DNA of 64,000 bases from an uncultured Nitrososphaeraceae archaeon (GTDB taxonomy: Archaea; Thermoproteota; Nitrososphaeria; Nitrososphaerales; Nitrososphaeraceae). The notes under the pieces are model-generated. The model worked only from the letters and a program-made list of their open reading frames with translations. It was not told where the DNA came from and made no database searches. The DNA is taken from positions 99,474 to 163,473 of the forward strand of contig CAVXZB010000048.1 in the NCBI GenBank assembly GCA_963765895.1. Reading direction: 5' to 3'. Made by a program: the position numbers and the translations under genes. Of this stretch, positions 48,798 to 60,293 are shown piece after piece; within the stretch, counting starts at the first letter, position 1; the number at the start of each line of letters is the position of its first letter.

Positions 48798-50744
48798 TTA
48801 TGTTACGCCTTGTACCGCCTCCATGAACCAATTTGGTAGTCTATTATTTCTTACAAATTGACTGAATGCTGAGTCCAACACATAAGTTATAGCCCAGTCG
48901 TCTTGAGACCTAATAGATCTCCCACATGTCTGTACAAGTCTTAAGGCAGTTTGCCAGTTATACCAACTAGGGTCTTGTTGTCGTTTCGTATCAGTCCACC
49001 TATCACCTTTGCTTGGGTATGGAACTTTAACTAATATCTGAAACCTTGCATAATCATCTTTTAGGTCTAGGCCAGTGTGTAAAGAAGGCGAAATTAAGAC
49101 AGTTGGTTTTGTTGATTCAAAGTGTTCGAGTAGGACTTGATCTCTAGATCTAGACAGGTCTCGTGATTTATTATTATAACTCTCTTTTTGCTCAGTAGAT
49201 ATCAGCCTTCGTCTATTTTTCAGACTAAGGAATTTTTCTATAAACTCTAGTTGAGCGTACGATGTAGTATGTATGATGCCTTTCTCATCTTTATGCTTTG
49301 ACATTATTTTGTCTATAGCGTTGGCAATTGTTTGTTGTGTAGTCTTGGACTGAAGACTCTGATAATTTAGATACGCCGTGTTTAGTGGATATACTGGTCT
49401 ATTTTCTGGTGGAAAGTCTGAGCTTGCTTGTATGAATTTTACCTTATCCTTTTCTTTGTCAAGTCCTATATTCCTACAAAATGTATTCTCATCTAATATA
49501 GTTGCACTCATTATGAGATTATAGATGCATTTTTCAAATAATTTTCTGCAATGACTTGAGATATCAAGAGGTTTAAATTCTAGTTTTGTTACCTTGTTAC
49601 TAACACTATCCCTTGTAATATTTGATACAATCCAATTTTTAGGGTTTGACTTCATATTCTCTATAACAGAATTAATTCTCTCCACATCGTCTTTAGCATC
49701 CTGAGCAATTTCTTCAGATTTCATATCTGGAATTGCATCGTCGATTTGTTTTACTAGAGTTCCAAGGAAGACTATCCACTTATCCATGGAATCGTCATAA
49801 CCATAAGACACCTGCTCCAACTTATATGGCGCAATATACTGCTGTAATATCCTTTTTGATATAGATATGCTCACGCGCCCTACTGTTTGGGTCTCGATCT
49901 GGTGTCCTTCATCGAGTATCAGCAGCTCTTTAGATGGTAAAGCACTTGGGCTAGCCTGTGATATTCTCAAGAGTAATAGAAAGTTGGCATAGTTAAAGAT
50001 CGAATGCTTTGCTACTTTACCTTTGTTTAGCTGATCATAATATGGGCATGATACAAATTTTTGCTTTCTCTGGTATAAAACGTCTGGAGTTAGATTGGCA
50101 AGGTGCAGCCAGCCTCTTAGGCTCTTGGTTGTGTTGGTACTATACTCTAGGTATTCCTGAGATCGTTCAGGAGTAAGATTTAATGATGGTAATGCATAGT
50201 CGTCTACAAAGGTTCTATACCTACATCCCTCGTGGAAGTTGCAATGTCCGCCACAGCGGCCAGAATGCAGGCATTGTTTGTGATCGTGTGTATAACCTTG
50301 GCGGTCTTGCCTGCATGGACCGTATAATGTGGTTGTATGGGAACATTCGGTCGTGCTCTGGTCATCACTGCCGCATTTACTACATCTGAACAATTCACTT
50401 GAAATGAGATCTTCCTTAACCAAACATGGAAATTCACTCATCCCTTTCACGGTCTGTATAAATGGGAAATCCCTAGCGTACTGTGTCTGCAAATCTTTTG
50501 TAGCCGAGCAGATATAACTAGAGCCTAATGTCTTACCCACTGCCACAGCTACTGGTGATTTACCAAATCCAGTTGGAGCCTCGAGTACTATAGTCTTGTA
50601 GCCTTGGTTGAATGCCTCACAGATCTTTCTTAGTATATCTAGTTGCTTGGGTCTAATATGTTTAAATGGAAAGTTTGAGGTAAACTCTTGCAGGGTGAAT
50701 TGTCGGCTTTGCCTTAATTGGTTTAACTCTTCCATGCCTATCAA
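48798..50744 (-). CDS. DinG/XPD-family SF2 helicase with Cys/His-rich insert
   Basis: Q motif, APTGFGKS, DEGH, MSAT, KVPYP, QTCGRSIRS.DD. Confidence 0.92.
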   Translation of the reverse strand: MIGMEELNQLRQSRQFTLQEFTSNFPFKHIRPKQLDILRKICEAFNQGYKTIVLEAPTGFGKSPVAVAVGKTLGSSYICSATKDLQTQYARDFPFIQTVKGMSEFPCLVKEDLISSELFRCSKCGSDDQSTTECSHTTTLYGPCRQDRQGYTHDHKQCLHSGRCGGHCNFHEGCRYRTFVDDYALPSLNLTPERSQEYLEYSTNTTKSLRGWLHLANLTPDVLYQRKQKFVSCPYYDQLNKGKVAKHSIFNYANFLLLLRISQASPSALPSKELLILDEGHQIETQTVGRVSISISKRILQQYIAPYKLEQVSYGYDDSMDKWIVFLGTLVKQIDDAIPDMKSEEIAQDAKDDVERINSVIENMKSNPKNWIVSNITRDSVSNKVTKLEFKPLDISSHCRKLFEKCIYNLIMSATILDENTFCRNIGLDKEKDKVKFIQASSDFPPENRPVYPLNTAYLNYQSLQSKTTQQTIANAIDKIMSKHKDEKGIIHTTSYAQLEFIEKFLSLKNRRRLISTEQKESYNNKSRDLSRSRDQVLLEHFESTKPTVLISPSLHTGLDLKDDYARFQILVKVPYPSKGDRWTDTKRQQDPSWYNWQTALRLVQTCGRSIRSQDDWAITYVLDSAFSQFVRNNRLPNWFMEAVQGVT

Positions 50745-50970
50745 CTGCTGCTACTATTATTACAACATCTCTTTAAACTAGTCTGCAAATATGCGTAAGT
50801 CAGGTTATGTAACGCTCGTTTGCTATCCATACCTTCGTAATTAGGCTATTATTTCACTATTGAAAGTAAACGTATTATGATAAAATGATTCAATATTTCA
50901 TGAATAATAATTGTGCAAACTAATTTCCAGGCTATTCACAGTTGAATAAATATGTAGCTAATAGTATATT

Positions 50971-51687
50971 GGTCCTGTTAATTTAGCGATAAAGCTATAG
51001 CTGCGAACATTCTCTCATATCCTATGAACTTATTTGAATGTGAGAGAACATCCGCAGAGCTGATGCTGTATGCATTGTACTTATATTTTCTAGGTCTGAG
51101 TTTCAGAAATACATCTAGAGCAATCCAACCATTCGAAGGAGGAAGGAGTCATGTTTGCTATATGGAAATGGGTTCAGAGATTCAACCCTAGACGTCTATA
51201 CTGTTGTAAAAGAGTATCTACTTTTCTGATTGATGAAACCATGTTGCAGATTGGCACTGACCAAGCGTGGTTATGGGTTGCTGTAGAACCAGTGCACAGA
51301 CAAATTCTTGGAGTTTATGTACATCTCAAGACATAGGAATATGATTGTAGCAGAATCGTTCTTGCGAACGTTGATCATGATTTATGGTAAACAGATTGTA
51401 TATTCAGATGGAGGTACTTGGTATCCTGAGGAATGCATATCGTTAGGACCTGAGCATAGGTTGCATTCACGATATGAAAAGAGCATAGTTTGAAAGAATG
51501 TTCGAATATCTCAAAGATGGAACTTAGGCATTTAATGATTACTATCCATGTATAAGAGATGGGTTATGCAATCTTAGACATGTTCGCAAATGGCTAATTC
51601 TGTTTGTCTTCATGTATAATAGTGTAGTCAAATACGCTACTAAATTTGCTAATTTAAGGAGGTGGAAATATTTGAGTTAACAGGGCC
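50971..51687 (+). mobile_element. IS6-family insertion sequence with disrupted transposase
   Basis: Terminal IRs GGTCCTGTTAATTTA / GGCCCTGTTAACTCA; 717 bp; IWKWVQ, IDET, SDGG.WY motifs; frameshifts and stops. Confidence 0.88.
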
Positions 51688-51707
51688 TAACTATTAGTAG
51701 AAAAACT

Positions 51708-52214
51708 TTAATCCTTCAAATATTTAACATTATTAGACATGCCATAATCATCTTCTTTAAGCTTGATCACAATTGTATTACTTATTCTACTAAATATCCT
51801 CTGTCTCCTCTTGTTAGTAAATATCCATCCTAATACTACATCGAAAGGAAGTAAAAATGATTTACCAAAGCTTTCTATTGCGGCAGTCTTTACATCTATA
51901 AGCTTGCCTGATAGATCAGTTGTCCTTAAATGCAATAGTCTTTTACCAATGGATTGTCCTGTTTTAAATTCGAAGTAAGTCCAATATCCCAGAAATACAA
52001 TACTTGAAATGAGGTAATGTAAGGGTTCTATACTTTTGTATGCCCTAGTCATATTATTATCAAACCAAAATGGCAAGGATAATGCAGCAAAAAGTATTGC
52101 AAGGCCAATTGATACAATAATAAAATCTATTAGCCAAGCAAGGAATCTGTCTGTCCAGCTAGCAAGAAGTAGGTTAGAAGGAACGTCCATCTGTTCACTT
52201 GAAAAGTTTGACAT
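51708..52214 (-). CDS. RDD family membrane protein
   Basis: RFLAWLIDF, GQSIGK, RQR......T.V. Confidence 0.9.
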   Translation of the reverse strand: MSNFSSEQMDVPSNLLLASWTDRFLAWLIDFIIVSIGLAILFAALSLPFWFDNNMTRAYKSIEPLHYLISSIVFLGYWTYFEFKTGQSIGKRLLHLRTTDLSGKLIDVKTAAIESFGKSFLLPFDVVLGWIFTNKRRQRIFSRISNTIVIKLKEDDYGMSNNVKYLKD

Positions 52215-53178
52215 TTGATCTAGCTTATAGATACGTGGTTGAGATATAAAAGCATGTAATCGTGATACCATTCAATAAATAGGCATTATGAGATTAAGGA
52301 ACCAAACAAACAGTACAATAGTTAGACAAAACCAACACACTATATCCACTGATGATAAACAACTTTAATTGCAGTCTGCATGCCCTCTGTATAAGAAATG
52401 AACTACTGATTTTTGTCATATCCGCTATTGCTGAAGATTCAGATTGCTTACTCGCATAAGTGAATAGGTAATGTACTCAATATTTACGTACAAATTATAA
52501 TATCTGTCCTTAATCTTATTAACTGATAATTTAAAAATCAATCAATATCAGCACTGATCCGGCCAGGCAGAATTGCCAGATATTTATGACCATGTATTAT
52601 ATGTACTTCATGGGGTGGGAAGCATTCTGGGTTGATTTTTCAGAGGATGCTTACGTATAGCCCAAGTTTTCAAAAATTATGACATTTGAGAGACGCGACA
52701 TTGAGATTGATGGATACTCCCCATTCTTGCTCCAGCTTACAAATACTCTACCTGTAATTTGCCGTTAGTTATTTTTAGAAGTATGGTTTTGCTTGTTGGG
52801 TTATTGATAACAAGCACCCGTTTCGTCATCGTGTTTTTCGAATTGCTGCGGACTCGGCTTATAGGGAAAACAAAGCTCGTTTTTATAAGTCCCAATGGAT
52901 ATTTGCCAGTTATTTGATCTGGCTTGCATTTCCTGCTCTATATGAAATAAGCAACTATCATCAGGTTTTGGTTCTTGATTTACTTGTAATTACTGTTGGG
53001 ATTGGCACGCGCTATCAACCAGACTTGGGTCGCAAGCATTCAAGGATTATGGCTCTGACAGTACATGTATTATGGCCAAAATTATTTGATGAGAAATTGT
53101 CGATGCTATAGAATCAATTTATATTTGATCGAAAATTAGCAATTGTTACATATTATGATTCATTTATACATTTAATAT

Positions 53179-53520
53179 ATGAAAGATCTTGAACCATCTC
53201 AATTCGACAAATTACTGTCCTCGCATGAAAAGGCGCTTGTGATGTTTTACGCAGACTGGTGTCCTTATTGTCAAAAATTTAAACCAATGTTTGAATCAGT
53301 CGCAAAGCAAGAGCATAAAAAAACTACTCGGAAAAAATACAAAATGTATGGCTCTAAAGTAAATGATGATGATAATCCATTATGGGACAGATTTTCTATA
53401 AACGCTGTTCCGACTATGATAGCCTTTGACATGGGCGAAATTACATCAAGAAGAGATGCTAAACGCGGGATTGGCCTTAGCAAAACAGATCTCGATTCTA
53501 TATTAGATGAAATAGAATGA
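53179..53520 (+). CDS. Thioredoxin-family protein
   Basis: FYADWCPYC, VPT. Confidence 0.92.
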   Translation: MKDLEPSQFDKLLSSHEKALVMFYADWCPYCQKFKPMFESVAKQEHKKTTRKKYKMYGSKVNDDDNPLWDRFSINAVPTMIAFDMGEITSRRDAKRGIGLSKTDLDSILDEIE

Positions 53521-53637
53521 GTCTGATTTAATTAGTTGGTTTTGCCAGTTATGGCTTACCTTTTTATTTATTAGCCAATTGCAGTTGATCGACAAATCTT
53601 CGATTAAATATGATCTATATAACCTAATTACACATCA

Positions 53638-54621
53638 TTAGTGTGCTAATTTTGTAAATGAATTTGAAGGTACATAGAGATCTTTGAAAAGCTTTGGATT
53701 GATAATTTTTGCCAGTATTTCTAAACCAACTATTGTCCTAGGTCCTGGCTTGCTAAAATATGCATTGGCATTAACCAAATAGACTTCATTATTCTGAACT
53801 GCTTGTAGTGATTTCCAGTCATCATTCTTATCTAATATTTGTGCTTCTCTCAAGGTTCTATGCAAATCAAATCCACAAGGCATAATAATTATTTTATCAG
53901 GACCAAATAATTTGATTTCGTCTATGGACATGAGACGTGATGGTTTTCCACGCGAGCTTATACCGTTTATCCCTCCTGCAATAGTTACCATTTGAGGAAT
54001 CCAATGACCTGCTGTATAAAATGGATTGATCCATTCAATGCATACCACTTTTGTCTTTAGATTTTTTACGGCGTTATTCGCCTGATTAGAGACTCTTTTG
54101 ACTACATAATCGATTCTTTTTTGTAAAGATGCTACCACCCTATGCCCTTTATTGGCCTTGTTCATCTTTTCTGCAATGTTTATTATACTTTGTAAAATAT
54201 CGTCAAGATCGTGTGGATCGAGAACTAAAACGTCTGGTTTATATCCTAAAATGGTGACGGCACGATCTATTTCTTTAGCAGATGGCGCGCAAACATCACA
54301 AATACCCTGGGCAATAATGATATCTGGTCTTGATTTTTTTAGCTTTTCGTCATCTATAACATAAATATCTCGACCTGCTCTCATCATTTCTGCTATTCTT
54401 TTATCGATATCAATGCTTTGTAGGATTGCAGTGTCGAAGGAAGAATTGATTAGATTGGGTTTTATTTTGGCTTCTTCAGGATAATTACATTCATGTGTTA
54501 CACCTACTATTTGATCTGCTAAATCAAGCTCATATAAGATTTCAGTGGAACTGGGCAGAAAAGAAGCCACTCTTCTTTTTTGCAATCCATCATTATCCTT
54601 CTTATGCAAGCATTTGTTCAA
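53638..54621 (-). CDS. Cobalamin/iron-chelate ABC substrate-binding protein (BtuF-like)
   Basis: SFLPSSTEILY.L, VGVTHEC.YP, EW..P....GHW.P, FSKPGPR. Confidence 0.88.
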   Translation of the reverse strand: MNKCLHKKDNDGLQKRRVASFLPSSTEILYELDLADQIVGVTHECNYPEEAKIKPNLINSSFDTAILQSIDIDKRIAEMMRAGRDIYVIDDEKLKKSRPDIIIAQGICDVCAPSAKEIDRAVTILGYKPDVLVLDPHDLDDILQSIINIAEKMNKANKGHRVVASLQKRIDYVVKRVSNQANNAVKNLKTKVVCIEWINPFYTAGHWIPQMVTIAGGINGISSRGKPSRLMSIDEIKLFGPDKIIIMPCGFDLHRTLREAQILDKNDDWKSLQAVQNNEVYLVNANAYFSKPGPRTIVGLEILAKIINPKLFKDLYVPSNSFTKLAH

Positions 54622-54779
54622 TACCTAAGACCTGTTAAGTATGGGTAATGGAGGTTATATAAGATCACCTCGCCTAGTGTAGAATTTTTCCTCTACAGCA
54701 CCCTCATACTGAATTTCACGTATATTCATTTTATCAGTCTACTTCGTTCCTGGGAAAATTGTTGATTCTATTATAACAG

Positions 54780-55244
54780 TTATTTAAAGAGCTTTACTAT
54801 TTTAATACCTGTATTAATTAACACGAGGAAGATTACCCAAGCTGTTAGTTCTGCAATTGTTAGAGCCTGATACGGTTGAAAATTTAATTCCAATAATGAA
54901 TAATGAATGTATAGTTTTGTTACTATGAAAACGACTTCAGAGATACTAAATGTTCCAAATAATTTTATTACATCTTCCCTTATATTCTTAAACTTCTTCT
55001 TTTTTGTTACTGGGTCAGTATATCTTGCTTTATTATCCCTATAAAAAAGAAATGTGAAGAACGGAATATAAATACAATATCCCACTATTAGTGTAATAAC
55101 TACATTTGAGATGTTATTGCTGTCTAATCTTGTATAAATTTGGGTAGTTATTACTCCAATAAGAAATGATACACTTCCTGATAGAAGTAGGTTTTTATTA
55201 AAAAGTATGGTTCTTTTATATTTTATAAAAATATCTGATTTCAA
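54780..55244 (-). CDS. Hypothetical membrane protein
   Basis: About four hydrophobic helices. Confidence 0.75.
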   Translation of the reverse strand: MKSDIFIKYKRTILFNKNLLLSGSVSFLIGVITTQIYTRLDSNNISNVVITLIVGYCIYIPFFTFLFYRDNKARYTDPVTKKKKFKNIREDVIKLFGTFSISEVVFIVTKLYIHYSLLELNFQPYQALTIAELTAWVIFLVLINTGIKIVKLFK

Positions 55245-55347
55245 CTTGGAATATGTATTAACATTTGTCTAGTCAGTAGTCTAAGTTTAATGTTTAATGA
55301 TATTCAAAACGATCCTACTCGTTGCTGTCATATGCATATTATACGAA

Positions 55348-55653
55348 TTATGGCAAAGAGATCCCAGAAGCTTTTAATTGATTCATTACGTAGTTGACCT
55401 GATTAGGCGTTATTCTATGGATAGTTAAATTTTTAGTATAGGATAACATTGCGTTAATAAGCGAAGATATCATTTCTGAATCATAAAACGTACTAGACTC
55501 TGAAAGTAATTCCGCAATTTTTCCAACATCCATACTATTGGTTATTTTTCCACTCGTAATTAATCCTCCGAACTTCTGAACAGATTCATATACTCCAATA
55601 TTATATGCAATAAAAGCGACTTTTTCAGCAGGCATAATATCTATGGGTTCCAT
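55348..55653 (-). CDS. Hypothetical protein
   Basis: 101-aa ORF. Confidence 0.75.
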   Translation of the reverse strand: MEPIDIMPAEKVAFIAYNIGVYESVQKFGGLITSGKITNSMDVGKIAELLSESSTFYDSEMISSLINAMLSYTKNLTIHRITPNQVNYVMNQLKASGISLP

Positions 55654-55879
55654 ATTCTTAATGGATAATAATAATTCATAGATAATAAACAGTGTCTTTA
55701 TTTCTCTTTCACTTGCAATTTATTTAAACTACTGATGGAAAATGTTTCAATGTTACTTCATTCCTTATGATGATAGTTAATAGTTGATAATTGATATCCG
55801 AAAATCTAGTGATTGATGGTGAATATTAAACTGTAAATATAGAACGTATATATAAGTTTGAGCGTAATAAAATATAGTT

Positions 55880-56776
55880 TTGAATTCAGATTATTTAATC
55901 TCAGAATATGTCTCAGATGTAAGCATGATGAACAAATTGACCGCAAGGGAATACCATGCAAGGCTTAAACCTTTCAAGAAATTTGTGGAGGATAAATACT
56001 CTTTGGGTTTAGCAGATTTGATTTCAAAAATCAAGAAGAATAAAGAAGATGTTTACTCTCTTCTCAATAGATATGCTAGATATTTAAGTGAAAACAGAAT
56101 TTCAACAATTACATTGAAGCAGCGAGTCGTAACGATAAAAAAACTTTCTTGAGTATCATGACATAGATATTAGTCCACGTAGATTCAAACTAAAGGTAAA
56201 ACTACCTAGGACAGTCAGAAGAAATAAAGAAGCGATATCTAAAGAGGATATCGTAGAGATATTAAACGCCGCGTCTGACATCAGGCTAAAAACTTTCATC
56301 ATGTTGTTAGCAGCTACCGGGATGCGCGCAGGAGAAGCTTTGTCAATACGTGTAAAGGACTTGGATTTCGATTCAAATCCTTCAAAATTATCTATAAGAG
56401 GAGAATATACAAAAACTAGAACAGATAGAACTATTTTTTTAACTGATGAAGGAGCCCATCAATTAAAATCGTGGCTAGATTATAAATATCGAACCAGGAG
56501 AGTATGCTACAAAGACAAGCAAGATGGCAAAACTATTTCAGTATACCGAAGTCCCACTATGATTAACACTGATTTAGTATTTGCAGTTTACCAGGATATT
56601 GAAAGACCAATTATTTGTGGCTCTATAGCGATTTGCTTAAGTCTTTTCAAATGACTCTAGATCGTATTGGTAAGGGTACAAGAGAGGATGGTAACGAACG
56701 GCATAGGCAGATAACCCTGCATTCATTTAGAAGATTTGTAAAGACTACCATATCTGATCTTGGTTATGCTGACTAT
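55880..56776 (+). pseudogene. Tyrosine integrase, frameshifted and 3'-truncated
   Basis: ATGMRAGEA, TKT, LHSFRRF; ends at SDLGYADY, before the catalytic H/W and Tyr. Confidence 0.88.
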
Positions 56777-57300
56777 TTGCAATTAAATAAAACCATAGAG
56801 CAGCAAACAGGGTTTAAAGTATCGTTTGAAGGTATCTACAAATGGATCGTCTTTGTTAGTTCTAAACAAATGATATTTTGCCAGTTCCAAATCGTTACTT
56901 TGGTGCATTTGAAGATGGTAACAAATTGAAAATAAGAGGAATAGAAGCAAGAAGACATGATACGCCTCTTTCTAAATTCCAAAATGAAATACTAGAAATT
57001 ATGGCTACCGGTAATATCATTAATGAAGTAATAGCGTTAATGCCAAAAGTTAAGGATACTTTCAAAAAGTATGTAATGATTCTAAAGGAAAGGAATGTAC
57101 CGCTTGAGCAACTGATATTTACTAAACGGCTTTCAAAAGACTATAGTAAATATCAAATAAAAAGAAATACAGTGGAAGGCTCTGCAATAAATCTCCTTGC
57201 CAGTGAGGGGAAGACTTTGAAAGCTGGAGAACTTTTAAGATACATTATTACAGATTTCTATCAAAAATCTTCTACAATTAGAGCTGTTCCTATATTGATA
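56777..57300 (+). pseudogene. Internal fragment of a family B (PolB2-type) DNA polymerase
   Basis: SFEGIYKWIVF, NRYFG.FEDG..KIRGIEARRHDTP, L.FTKRLSK. Confidence 0.85.
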
Positions 57301-57655
57301 GTCTCTCACTTAATATTATTGTGTAGTTATATCTGACTGCTCATACTATAATAATAAAAATTAAGCCTAGTGCACAAACACAAAAAGTAGGACTAGTGAG
57401 AAAGTCATACTCCTATTGCATTATTAAACATGAAAGGGGAATGATAATTTCCAAATGGTAACATCAAATTCAATGGAGAAATGAATTCTAATTGAAAACA
57501 AGGGGAAACCTAACCATTCATGGTCCTGTAGAGCCTTTTGCAATATCAGATATGAATTGACCTAAGCCCGAACAGACAAAAAGTGCTGAGAAATCAAATG
57601 TATCTGAGAGAAATGAGGAAAAAATTTTGATATTAGACAAATCTGATCTATAGCT

Positions 57656-58210
57656 ATGGATTTTGATGAAGTTGTAAAAAGAAGAAAGATGATACGAGAG
57701 TACAGATTTGGATAGGCAACAAATTCCAGATCAAATAATTACAAAGCTAATTAAAAAGCCCATAAAGCTCCTAGCGCCGGTCATACACAGGTTCAGGAAT
57801 TTATAATAGTAAAAGATGTTTCAACAAAGAAGAAATTAAGAAAAGCAGCTGTTAACCAGAAATATGTAGAAAAAGCTCCTCTATTAATTATAGTGTGTTC
57901 TAATACTTCTCGCTCGGTAGGCCGTTATGGTAGCCGTGGAAGACAATTCTACAGCATAATAGACGGTGCTTTCGCTTCTATGCTTATTCTGCTCTTATCT
58001 GTAAATGAGGGAATTGGTGCTTGCTTTGTCGGAGCATTTCAAGACAATAAAGTATCAGAAATACTTGAATTACCGAAAGACGTCAGACCCATAGGTATTA
58101 TCTGTATAGGCTATCCTGCAGAAGAACCTGAAAAGCTTGAAAGGATTGATATAGATGCATTGGTTCACTATGAAAAATATAGTAGTAATAGGGTGCATAG
58201 TAATAGTTAA
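57656..58210 (+). CDS. Nitroreductase family protein (frameshifts in 5' half)
   Basis: RRKMIREY, APSAGHTQ, GIGACFVGAF, IGYP. Confidence 0.85.
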
Positions 58211-58542
58211 TGTATGTGGGGTCAATATCTAATAAAGATACTAACTCATTATAATATGATCGTCATCAACTTAAGTCTATACACGCTTAGTGGCCCCTCT
58301 GCATTATATTGGTTGGTTGCCGTAATCCCATTATAATTAAATACTATTGTTAATAGAGGAAAAAATCGAATAAAGTTTCTTGAATGACCTGAATAAAAAA
58401 GGAGAACTAGCAACATCATCAACAATAATAACAAAAACTGAGAAAACAGATTACCTATAAACGAGCTCAATTCAAATTAATACGCAATTATTACATTCTG
58501 TATGTGCTCTGAACAAATTAGATTAGATATATAATATATCAA

Positions 58543-59136
58543 TCATTTTTTTAGATATTCATTCGGATATTTTCTCACAGCAGAATCTAGCGGTACCCCA
58601 TTAAATGAATAATGTTGTTCTAGTATCTTTTTATAGGCAGGAGCTGCTTCTATTCCTGCCTTATATATCAAATCAGTTTTGGATAAAAGATCAATCAAAG
58701 TAAATATACTTTGTCGGTATTCTAAAGTTATAGGAGCTTCAATTACTTGTCCCTCCCTAAGCCCAGCCACATAAGTGAAACGAATTGCCTTGGCTGCGTC
58801 AATGCAACCAGTCCAAAGGCGTAATAGAATATTCTTTCTTATCATATCATCTAATTGCTCAGTTAAATAAGACACACTTACCTTAGATATATTACTCAAA
58901 CGATGGCTTTTTTCATTGTTGTCTAAATCCATCAATATTGCACCTGCAGAGGTGCCTTCTCCCTGGATTAACTGTGTGTTCATTTCAATTACTAACTCTG
59001 CCCTTTTCTTCACATCTGTCAAAGAAGGAGGTAATTCCTGTTGAAACAATAATCCTGCCGCCCATGAATAAGCAGTAATCACGTTAGGATCTGACATATT
59101 CAGAATTTCATTTGTCCTTGATTTCATATATTCCAA
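58543..59136 (-). CDS. Hypothetical protein
   Basis: 197-aa ORF, no motif recognised. Confidence 0.65.
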   Translation of the reverse strand: MEYMKSRTNEILNMSDPNVITAYSWAAGLLFQQELPPSLTDVKKRAELVIEMNTQLIQGEGTSAGAILMDLDNNEKSHRLSNISKVSVSYLTEQLDDMIRKNILLRLWTGCIDAAKAIRFTYVAGLREGQVIEAPITLEYRQSIFTLIDLLSKTDLIYKAGIEAAPAYKKILEQHYSFNGVPLDSAVRKYPNEYLKK

Positions 59137-59522
59137 AGGATTACCCTTATAAATTATTATGGAAAAGCCTAACTCTAGTTGAAAATTTTGGGCTAAAAAT
59201 CTTCTAATGTAGTTGGAATATAAAAGAAATGAAGAAAATGTAGAAAGACTACTTATCTCTACAATTAGTTATATGTAATTTTAGGAGCTGCGAAATTAAG
59301 TCAAATTTGATTCACAACCCTTTCGGCCCATATCAAACTAGCCACTTTATTTGGACCTGCCTTTAATGTTATATATCAACAACTAATGATGTACAATATT
59401 GAAGACAAAGACCTCTCGTTATGTTCAGATATGATTAAGAGCTAATGATACCAGATCAATTTGTTCATGAAAAGTCTTATCGTTATTCGCAGATAATATT
59501 GGATCGTAGCTAACAACCTCAT

Positions 59523-59895
59523 CTAATTATTACCATAAGTCGTCAGCATGTCAGCAATTCGTTGAACCTTTATAATGTCATTGTTCGCCAACCTAGCAAT
59601 TCTGACACATTCCCTAATATTTGAGCTCAATTTATCAAATACTAATTCGGCTATAAATTTAGCCACTTCTATCTCGATTCCTTCATCTCTATTCAAGACA
59701 TTAACAGCAATTTCTACAAATTCCTCTTTAGTATAGGGTTTAAGATGAGTGGCTGTAAACCTTGTTAGTAACTGAGGTAATAATTTGTCTGCATCATTAG
59801 CACTAGCAAAAACCCATGTCTTTAATTGAGTTGTTCTTTGTTGCCTATGTTTTAATTCAGATAGCAAGCCAGATTCCATTAGGTTCAGTAGACTT
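59523..59895 (-). pseudogene. C-terminal fragment of an AAA+ ATPase
   Basis: LLNLMESG, VFASAN, LLTRF, lid NIREC; Walker A/B absent upstream. Confidence 0.75.
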
Positions 59896-60293
59896 TATGG
59901 TGAACTACAGTCAGGTACACTTGTCATAAAGGGGTTCGAGTTATGAGTTCACGTTTTAATTTATCAATAACTTTGCTTCTTTTCACTTGATCGGAAGAGT
60001 CCCAAAGATGTTTATCCATGGGTTCTTATTTCTGGTGTGAGGCCATTCATTATCAACTTCAAGTCCATAAGTTAACCTCAGTCGTCCTCTACCATCAGTT
60101 GATCACAAGTGATAATGTTTAAACATGTTTTGATTATAGTTTAATCGACAAATAATGTCTGTATAATTTTGTGTTGGTCTTTTTCTGAATCTATCAGATA
60201 AGAAAGCAATCCTTATCTGAGCTGATGTTTGCGACATAATAACCAGTGTAAGCTTTCTAATCAATAGTTTCTGCAGTAACCTTTATAGTATTT

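Noticed and set aside
50960-51700. Target-site duplication around the IS6 element
   Set aside because: Flanks AGTATATT and TAACTATT do not match
52550-53111. Possible decayed membrane-protein gene
   Set aside because: Hydrophobic fragments only; no family recognisable, not amo-like
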